From Planctomycetota bacterium (GTDB lineage: Bacteria; Planctomycetota; Phycisphaerae; Sedimentisphaerales; Anaerobacaceae): 59,785 nucleotides of DNA. The notes below the pieces were generated by a model that made no database searches, was not told where the DNA came from, and saw nothing but the letters and a program-made list of their open reading frames with translations. The position numbers and the translations under genes are program-made. This document shows positions 26,576 through 33,706 of the stretch, piece by piece. The stretch spans positions 1 to 59,785 of the forward strand of contig JAGLNB010000002.1 of assembly GCA_023139715.1 (NCBI GenBank), given 5' to 3'. Position 1 is the stretch's first letter. Every line of letters starts with the position of its first letter.

Positions 26576-26806
26576 TTATACCAGTACAACGTGGTTATTA
26601 TTACCATCATTAAATGAAAATGATATCCGGCCTGTTTTTGACCACTGGACATATCCACCGATATATGGTTTGTTGTTTACTGAGCTTACACCGTGATATG
26701 TAATCTCTACAACTTTTCCTGGGAATGATACTTTATCATTCATTAATGATCCAATCTCTGTCCCAATCTTGATATCTTCAACTTTAGCAAGGTTGTGTGT
26801 TGTCAT
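26576..26806 (-). CDS. hypothetical protein (first gene of the small-gene operon)
   Basis: AGGTGAATCAAAATG initiation cassette about 50 nt downstream of the TATA-like box. Confidence 0.65.
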   Translation of the reverse strand: MTTHNLAKVEDIKIGTEIGSLMNDKVSFPGKVVEITYHGVSSVNNKPYIGGYVQWSKTGRISFSFNDGNNNHVVLV

Positions 26807-26853
26807 TTTGATTCACCTGGGTATTGTCCCAATAACATATACAACACATAAGT

Positions 26854-26873
26854 ATATATAGTTATGCATTGTT
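26854..26873 (-). promoter_or_regulatory. TATA-like promoter box, copy 2 of a 20-nt exact repeat
   Basis: ATATATAGTTATGCATTGTT; on the minus strand it reads ..CTATATAT.. upstream of gene 26806. Confidence 0.5.
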
Positions 26874-26926
26874 ATGTATTGTTATATACACATGGTAAAA
26901 AAATAAAAAAAGAATTTTACACTTGA

Positions 26927-26992
26927 CTACCAACCAAGATAAGCAGCATGTGCAATTACAAACGTCCAAAATGTTAAAAGCGAGAAAATCAT
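26927..26992 (-). CDS. hydrophobic micro-ORF (21 aa)
   Basis: MIFSLLTFWTFVIAHAAYLGW; near-perfect SD AAGGAGGTGAT; followed by a long T-run (26897-26913). Confidence 0.4.
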   Translation of the reverse strand: MIFSLLTFWTFVIAHAAYLGW

Positions 26993-27135
26993 ATTATATC
27001 ACCTCCTTAAATATATTATTAATAATAAGAATGACTGTGCCAGAATAGATTGTGGGTTGGTTGGTGAATCAGGGGAGTATGAGGCACAGCCAGATATTAG
27101 ATTGTCAGGATTGTATATAAGTTATTCCGTGCTTA

Positions 27136-27531
27136 TCACCTTTTAGATTTCTTCTTTACAATCATATCCGCAAGTATGTGTAATTCAATCGCAACAAACA
27201 TCCCGGCGCACGGAACCAACAATCGCACATCAAAGAAATTAACCTCTGCGCCGATTGCCAACACCAATAAAAAGATTAGAAATGCCAGATATCCAATAAG
27301 TGACAGCGGTCCGAAAATGATATGATGGCTTGTTTTACGGTGTTTGAACAAATCTTTATACGGTTTCCATACTATCCTAAGTAATTTCCAACGTTTATAA
27401 ATCCTACTATCAACGTCAAGATCAGGGCTCAAAAAATAGGTGGAGAACACATATGCCAGCGAGAATATAAAAATATTCAGGCAGGCTAATTCAAGATAGA
27501 TAAGTCCTGGAACTATTCCAATCAACAGCAA
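27136..27531 (-). CDS. polytopic membrane protein, DUF2227-like (putative metal-binding)
   Basis: SPDLDVDS and HRKTSHH motifs between TM helices; the track start is TTG; the in-frame extension to 27567 begins at ACG behind GGAGG (see findings). Confidence 0.6.
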   Translation of the reverse strand: MLLIGIVPGLIYLELACLNIFIFSLAYVFSTYFLSPDLDVDSRIYKRWKLLRIVWKPYKDLFKHRKTSHHIIFGPLSLIGYLAFLIFLLVLAIGAEVNFFDVRLLVPCAGMFVAIELHILADMIVKKKSKR

Positions 27532-27691
27532 AAGGTTGATGCGCTCGTGTGTGCGGTGGTCTGGCGTGGCTGCGTCCTCCTGAAAAATATAATATTTATT
27601 CTATTGTTATATATGCCGTGGGAATCGGTGGTCAATTCTGGCTCCGTTTCGTAAAATAATTCATAATAATCCACAGATATGAGAATTCCAT

Positions 27692-30145
27692 TTATTGAAT
27701 CACATCAAGATAATCCTGTAATGCCTGTCCGCGCCTCACGACAAAATCCTCACCGAGTGCCTTAACCATTTTCTTATGATATCCTGAAGCACAAACAAAT
27801 TTCACATTAGAATAATTGCTCTGCGTCCTGAATTTCTTTTCTATAAGCTCTGGTTCGCTGTGACTGCCAGCTCGCTCATATTCAATAGCATGAGTATTTT
27901 CGTTAGATTTGAATGTAATATCTGCGCCATCGAAATGACTCACTTCAACATCTTCGGCACCGTTAAGGATTAATTGTCCTGCGATTGACATTACTGTTGC
28001 GAAATGATCAACAGACTGATTCGATGGTATGTCTGCTGTTTTGATCCATGCCGTGACCATTCCAGCACCGAAGGCATTTGCAACAGGTGTCCGAGTCCAT
28101 CCCTGGATCAGCGTAGATCCTGGCGCCCAGGCATCCAAGCAGAAGCCATTCTCCATTACTAATTTGATAAGCCTTTCATCAAGTACAGACAAATCAGATT
28201 CAAGAGCCACAGCCTTTTTTTCATTTTTTAAATATGCACCTTTAATAACATCATGTTCAAGTTTGGTGGGTTTAAATATCATAGGATATTTTGATTTTCC
28301 TACAATTAACAAGCCCTCTCCAACTGTAGAATTCACTATGTTTTCTTCATCTGTTGAATCTAGCCCCAAATATTCAGAGACATGTTTGATATTTGCAGCA
28401 TCCATATTATTACCTAATATAATCTTCAAGAATGTATTGGTCTGGAATTCAACATCTACATTGGTTTTCTTGAACACTGCAGCATCCTGGTTGAATAGCC
28501 ACAGCCCCACACTCTGGCTGGCACCCTGGGTAAGGGCAGTCACAAGGAAATTAGACATCCTAGGATTCTGCAGGAATACCCTGGCTTCATCAATTGCAAG
28601 GATCGTCCCTTTCTTAGTATCGGTGCTGAATCTCTGCCCCATCATACCGGCTATAAGAATTCTCATAGGGTCCTCTATGTCTGCGGCGGTCCCGGACATA
28701 TCAATCACTATAAAATCTTTCGACAGGTCTATGTTCTTGTCTGTCTGGTGATTGAGATATTCTAATACTCCACCTTCACCAAGGGAGAATGTTTTCCTTA
28801 GAACCGCTTTGATTGTTTTCTTATCATCGCTGTCTGTAGTGTTCTTAAGTTCTTCTTCCCAGATTGCAAATAGATCTGTTAGTACTGGCCATTTTGCATC
28901 ATGCCAGGTAGATGGGATGTTACGGTATATCCCTGCATTTTCATAGCATTTGTTCAGGCTGTAATCTATGAAATTTGCCATGTTTACTGAGCCGGTATCC
29001 TTGAACCATTCATCAAAGAATAAGTTCAACGTGCCTTTGTGATTGTTGAATGCATGGATATATTTTTCAGGGTCCTCTTTCAGCTGCGACCGATCATATA
29101 GTATCTGCATTGGATTTATATTTCTACCGCCTGGCCCAGTCTCTATAAGCTCCGCAGAATCACCGAGGTAATCCACTATAGCCTTGTGGTCGGTGTTCTT
29201 ATCGGCCTTTGGAGTACAATAGATAATCCGCTTGTTGAGCATTGACATAGCTCTCCATAGCAACATGAGCATGGTGAAGGTCTTACCGCTCTGGGTAGGA
29301 CCGAATACAATACAGTGAAGTGCAGCTAGGGCATCTATGTCCACCACGATCTGTTTATTGGTCTTCTTGTCGAATCCGAAGAACAGCCCTTGTTTATCCG
29401 ACTTACTATTTGGATTAGAGACCGGCACAATCATCGATGCATATGGGGCCAATACTTCTATCTGTGTATAGTCTGGTGACTTGTTATATGGCTGCGCCGC
29501 AAGGAGTGTTTGTTTATGCCTGAAATCAGGGATCTCAAACTCAACACTTTCCTGGCCCATGATTGACTTAATATCAGATTCAAGTATGTTCAGTCCTTCA
29601 ATTGAATCACTTTTCATCGTGAGTATTAGGGCTGAATGGAACTGGCGCTCGTTATCTTCTACGATGGCTTTGAAGTTTTCTTTATTATGTTTACGTTCTA
29701 TTTTCAGGTTCTCATCGATTAGTTTTTCAACTTTCTCAGAATCACCTTTATTTCGATTCATTGAATCAACTTGCTTAATTTCATTCCTGAAATTTGCAGT
29801 GTTCATCATTTTGACAGAATCACTGCCTTGGATTGGAATTAACTTAGATGAGATTGATAACTGACTTCCATGTGTGGACATCTCCAGTAGTCTGGTCATC
29901 ATACTTTCGCTTAGACCTTTAGGATATCCGTTTATTCTGTCCGTAGGAGGCACACCAACGATAATACAGCGTTTATAGGTATTGCCGTTCACTATGACAT
30001 ATTTGCCGCTCTTGTGCTCTTCTATCGTGGCAGGTGCGATGTTACGTGCGGCGGCTTCCCAGAAACTCTCTTCTTCTTGTTTGGTGCGCTCTCTGGCTAC
30101 GGCGGTATTATATTTTAAGAAAAATCTATCGATACATTTTAACAT
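27692..30145 (-). CDS. VirB4/TrbE-type conjugation ATPase with a C-terminal nuclease-like extension
   Basis: N-terminal YKRCIIVGVPPTDRINGYPKGL; Walker A FGPTQSGKT; Walker B TILAIDEARVF; LWLFNQDAAVF; C-terminal DGADITF..HAIEYER. Confidence 0.8.
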   Translation of the reverse strand: MLKCIDRFFLKYNTAVARERTKQEEESFWEAAARNIAPATIEEHKSGKYVIVNGNTYKRCIIVGVPPTDRINGYPKGLSESMMTRLLEMSTHGSQLSISSKLIPIQGSDSVKMMNTANFRNEIKQVDSMNRNKGDSEKVEKLIDENLKIERKHNKENFKAIVEDNERQFHSALILTMKSDSIEGLNILESDIKSIMGQESVEFEIPDFRHKQTLLAAQPYNKSPDYTQIEVLAPYASMIVPVSNPNSKSDKQGLFFGFDKKTNKQIVVDIDALAALHCIVFGPTQSGKTFTMLMLLWRAMSMLNKRIIYCTPKADKNTDHKAIVDYLGDSAELIETGPGGRNINPMQILYDRSQLKEDPEKYIHAFNNHKGTLNLFFDEWFKDTGSVNMANFIDYSLNKCYENAGIYRNIPSTWHDAKWPVLTDLFAIWEEELKNTTDSDDKKTIKAVLRKTFSLGEGGVLEYLNHQTDKNIDLSKDFIVIDMSGTAADIEDPMRILIAGMMGQRFSTDTKKGTILAIDEARVFLQNPRMSNFLVTALTQGASQSVGLWLFNQDAAVFKKTNVDVEFQTNTFLKIILGNNMDAANIKHVSEYLGLDSTDEENIVNSTVGEGLLIVGKSKYPMIFKPTKLEHDVIKGAYLKNEKKAVALESDLSVLDERLIKLVMENGFCLDAWAPGSTLIQGWTRTPVANAFGAGMVTAWIKTADIPSNQSVDHFATVMSIAGQLILNGAEDVEVSHFDGADITFKSNENTHAIEYERAGSHSEPELIEKKFRTQSNYSNVKFVCASGYHKKMVKALGEDFVVRRGQALQDYLDVIQ

Positions 30146-30148
30146 AAT

Positions 30149-30724
30149 CTACCCCTCAAGTTGCTGACTGTCCTCAATTGCTTTGCACAATACCATACTA
30201 AGCCCATATGGAATCATTGCTCGTTTGTCTGCTGCCCTGGGACCATCAGAATAAGCCGTTTTGTTGTGTACTCCTAACGGAACATTATTTTTTTGATAAG
30301 ATGCGAACCACGGCAGGACACCCCATAAGTCGGTGGGTTTTTGGCAGTAATGTCCATAATCACCATATTTAATACAATACTGTGGTCGACCAATGAAATA
30401 TCTTAAACATCCCTGAGGATTCTCAATCATCCAGAAGGTAGGTTTTGCCTCCCTTACTATTCTAAAACATGCTTCCACAATGGACATATCCGGAGTTCTG
30501 TCTTTGCACTTTCCAGCCCTCCAGTTTGCCTTTGAGAACTCAGTACATGGTGGATGGAATGTCATGAAATCATAGTGTTCCGTTGTGTGAAAATCTCTTA
30601 TATCCATGGTAATATCAACATCACCACACATTCCAAGCAGAGTTACATCATGATCACGATCTTTAAAAGCCTGCACCTCAGATCCATACTCTGTGCACCC
30701 AGAAAATACTTTAAGTTTTTTCAT
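30149..30724 (-). CDS. miniature C5-cytosine methyltransferase-like protein
   Basis: FSGCTEYGS (degenerate motif I), HPPCTEFS (motif IV), MIENPQG (motif VI); only 191 aa with no target-recognition domain. Confidence 0.5.
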   Translation of the reverse strand: MKKLKVFSGCTEYGSEVQAFKDRDHDVTLLGMCGDVDITMDIRDFHTTEHYDFMTFHPPCTEFSKANWRAGKCKDRTPDMSIVEACFRIVREAKPTFWMIENPQGCLRYFIGRPQYCIKYGDYGHYCQKPTDLWGVLPWFASYQKNNVPLGVHNKTAYSDGPRAADKRAMIPYGLSMVLCKAIEDSQQLEG

Positions 30725-31548
30725 AATAACTCTTTCCTCAGATTATAAACAACTTCATTACGATTCTCGATCTCCCTAGCAAATACCCCCGCTCGCTGAA
30801 ATGATTTCAATACACTTGGAATAAAGGCAGCCCTTAACTGCTCCGATTCTGCAAGGTTTTTCGTAACAGGAATAGATACAATCAACGCAAATTCAACATT
30901 GACATCGTCCTTCTTGTCTTTTGCTTCCTCATATAATGAGTATAGATGTGATGTTACCGCTTTGGGTACATCTGCCTGTTTCATTGCTTCGGTTGTAGCT
31001 TCAAGAAGTGGATTGTGCGGTTCTACAATCGAATTTGATATGAACTGAAATGAGAAATCACCATACAACGAATTGATTAGATTCTTAATCCTTGTGCTGT
31101 GGTTGTCTTGTTCGTGCTCTGCTGGCCTTGGTGGTACATATAATATCATAACGCCGGTGGTGCCGTCCGGGTATGTGATCATGCCGGACTCTTCAACAGA
31201 TTCGATAGATACAATCTCTTTGAGGTCGTCAAGCGGCTCAACATATTTTTTGGTAATGTGTTTCTTTCGTACTATTCTAAATAATAATAACAGATGTAGT
31301 TTATTACTATCGAGAGTCTTAACATCCCTAGCAAGTACAATAACAATTACTCCAAAAATACAGAGTACCACTACATACCATATGATATGCCCTATACCGA
31401 TATTATTCATGAATATCAACGTAAAGCCACACACGGCAATGAATATGCCCCATACTAATGACAGCCGATCATGTATACCGAACAGTGTTTTTGATTCGTG
31501 TAATCTCCGGTATGATGTTGGAACCGGGACGTCTTTTGTTATGCTCAT
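30721..31548 (-). CDS. VirB3-like two-TM protein with a cytoplasmic domain
   Basis: Hydrophobic hairpin LVWGIFIAVCGFTLIF / IIWYVVVLCIFGVIVIVLA, then a soluble domain; ATGA-coupled directly upstream of the ATPase operon partner. Confidence 0.5.
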   Translation of the reverse strand: MSITKDVPVPTSYRRLHESKTLFGIHDRLSLVWGIFIAVCGFTLIFMNNIGIGHIIWYVVVLCIFGVIVIVLARDVKTLDSNKLHLLLLFRIVRKKHITKKYVEPLDDLKEIVSIESVEESGMITYPDGTTGVMILYVPPRPAEHEQDNHSTRIKNLINSLYGDFSFQFISNSIVEPHNPLLEATTEAMKQADVPKAVTSHLYSLYEEAKDKKDDVNVEFALIVSIPVTKNLAESEQLRAAFIPSVLKSFQRAGVFAREIENRNEVVYNLRKELL

Positions 31549-31550
31549 AA

Positions 31551-31886
31551 TTACCAGTAGTTATTAACGAAGTAGTTGAATCCATTAATCGCTAAGAAAT
31601 ACGCAACAGCGGCAAGTATAATCACACCGCATCCACTGACACCACTCTTGAATAGTTTGTTATTGTGTCCAAACCATCCGATTATAATCGCAGCTATTGA
31701 ATATAATGCAAAGATTCCAACCAGGGCCATAATCAATTCTTTAAGCCCGACTTCAAGATCGTTGAATAATCCATCAGTTGTCTCTTCAAACATATTTCCC
31801 GTTTCATCTTCTGTATCTTCACAGAAGGCTGCTGGAATCATACATAATATCAATACAACAATACAGAATAGTTTTAAGCGTGTCAT
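31551..31886 (-). CDS. VirB2/TrbC-like pilin candidate
   Basis: 111 aa: signal peptide MTRLKLFCIVVLILCMIPAAFC, acidic segment, two hydrophobic helices (LIMALVGIFALYSIAAIIIGWF, GVIILAAVAYFLAINGF). Confidence 0.5.
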   Translation of the reverse strand: MTRLKLFCIVVLILCMIPAAFCEDTEDETGNMFEETTDGLFNDLEVGLKELIMALVGIFALYSIAAIIIGWFGHNNKLFKSGVSGCGVIILAAVAYFLAINGFNYFVNNYW

Positions 31887-32001
31887 AATAATAAACTATA
31901 TAGTACGCAAAGTATATATAGGTATTGTAACCATTATATACATATTGTAATACAAAATATATAGTTCATACAATACATATATATTATACAAGGGATATAT
32001 A
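31887..32001. promoter_or_regulatory. divergent promoter region of the T4SS-like island
   Basis: AAGTATATATAGGTATTG and AAAATATATAGTTCATAC boxes resemble the 26854 box; drives both the 31886 and 32002 operons. Confidence 0.5.
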
Positions 32002-32193
32002 ATGACTATCATGAAAATCATAGGCACATCAAAAGTGGCAGCACAAAAGAAAATCACACTGATTGAATCCGTGGCAGAGTCACTGAAAATAACCATCGGT
32101 GATAGGATTGCATTCTTGAAATCTGCATCGGGAGATATAGTGATTAAGAAATTATCTGACATTGAAATGAAAGATTCGGAGGTTGAACAATGA
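32002..32193 (+). CDS. AbrB/SpoVT-like regulator
   Basis: KITLIESVAESLKITIGDRIAFLKSASGDIVIKK. Confidence 0.65.
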   Translation: MTIMKIIGTSKVAAQKKITLIESVAESLKITIGDRIAFLKSASGDIVIKKLSDIEMKDSEVEQ

Positions 32194-32642
32194 TAACTGA
32201 AATAATAAGTAGACAACGGATGCCTGATTATGGGTATGAATTAAGAACCGAGTGGTGGAGAGCAATTGAAGAAGAGGAACCAATAAAAATGGTGGCAGCA
32301 TATTCAATTGATGGCCATTATATTGGAAACCAAAAGGATGCATACTTCTTATGTCATAAAATGGGAATAAGACCAGAAGTATGTAAAGATGATAATAACG
32401 TATGCTCGATAGGATTTAGTAAGAAGGAGCAGAAATGGTATGGCTGGTCACACCGAGCTATATTCGGTTTCGCAATAGGCGATGTAGTCAAAGAAGGGGA
32501 TTGTACTAATTCATCAGGATACATTGAAGAATATATTGATGAGCACCCAGAATGTGACTTGAGCCTGCCAGTAGGATTCACAGCAGAAACCATGGATGAT
32601 GCAAAAAGAATGGCAATTGCTTTTGCTGATTCGGTATCATAG
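32190..32642 (+). CDS. hypothetical soluble protein
   Basis: ATGA overlap; SD GGAGGT. Confidence 0.7.
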   Translation: MITEIISRQRMPDYGYELRTEWWRAIEEEEPIKMVAAYSIDGHYIGNQKDAYFLCHKMGIRPEVCKDDNNVCSIGFSKKEQKWYGWSHRAIFGFAIGDVVKEGDCTNSSGYIEEYIDEHPECDLSLPVGFTAETMDDAKRMAIAFADSVS

Positions 32643-32654
32643 GGAGGTTGAATA

Positions 32655-32783
32655 ATGAATGGAATGATAACACTAGGGGCCTTTACAATCCCATTAGACA
32701 CGGCATATAAGGCAAGCGTAATAGGTCTATTGACTACAATAGCAGGATCACTGGCATTCATCATACACTGGATCATAACATGA
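32655..32783 (+). CDS. single-TM micro-protein (42 aa)
   Basis: MNGMITLGAFTIPLDTAYKASVIGLLTTIAGSLAFIIHWIIT; SD GGGAGGT; ATGA overlap with the next gene. Confidence 0.6.
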   Translation: MNGMITLGAFTIPLDTAYKASVIGLLTTIAGSLAFIIHWIIT

Positions 32784-33706
32784 AGCCTGTTATAGCCGTT
32801 GTCATAGCTGTACTTATATTGTTAAGTTCAACGTCTATAGCCTCAGCAGGACTCTCAGATGCAGCCAGTACAGCCATCTCAAACGGCATGGAAAACTTCT
32901 GCATATCAGCCGCAGATAATATATTCTCAATGTCATTCTCAGGATATGATGATTCAGCAGATAATGGCACCGTAGGATACATCTACAATATTGCATCGTA
33001 TACGCTGGACCCTATGAAATTTGAGATTACCCAGGATTTCATAGCATTTTCCAAATCAGTGTTTAAGGAGTCATATTCTATTCTGCTTTTATGTGCATTC
33101 ATAGCCGTCCTACTAACTCATTACAAGACCAATGCACTACAATCATTAGAACAGATCACAGGGGTTAAGGTTGGCTCAAAGTCGAATATCCTCGCTAGAA
33201 AGGCCATTGATGGGATTATAGTTGCAGTCTTCATGTACGTTTTTATTTATTTCGTATTCACTCTGAACAATATTCTCACAAAGGCGGTTATGATCAATAT
33301 CATCGATGTGATATCACCATCACCTGACAACTTTATATTATATCTCATGATGGCAATATCGTATCTATTCATGGGAATATTCTTTAGTCTAAGAACGTTG
33401 ATATTATTTTTATTCTGTGGGTTTGCATTGATAATTGGATTCTGTCTACTCATAGATTTTACTAAGGAATCGGCAATCGGTCTGTGTGCATACTTTGTAC
33501 AGACTGTGTTCTTCCAGTTCTTCATAGTGTTGTATTTCTCAGCATGTATACTGATTATCAAAACAGTTACAGTACCATTATACGCCTCTGGTGAAGAAAC
33601 AATGTACTTGGTCATGCTGTTGGGCGGGGTATACATAGCAATTAAAATGATGTTCGGAACTAAGGTGATCAAATGGGTTGGAAATCGGGCGTCTGCATTT
33701 GTATAA
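32780..33706 (+). CDS. VirB6/TrbL/CedA-like polytopic membrane protein
   Basis: Signal peptide, a roughly 70-aa exposed segment, then 5-6 hydrophobic helices across 308 aa. Confidence 0.5.
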   Translation: MKPVIAVVIAVLILLSSTSIASAGLSDAASTAISNGMENFCISAADNIFSMSFSGYDDSADNGTVGYIYNIASYTLDPMKFEITQDFIAFSKSVFKESYSILLLCAFIAVLLTHYKTNALQSLEQITGVKVGSKSNILARKAIDGIIVAVFMYVFIYFVFTLNNILTKAVMINIIDVISPSPDNFILYLMMAISYLFMGIFFSLRTLILFLFCGFALIIGFCLLIDFTKESAIGLCAYFVQTVFFQFFIVLYFSACILIIKTVTVPLYASGEETMYLVMLLGGVYIAIKMMFGTKVIKWVGNRASAFV

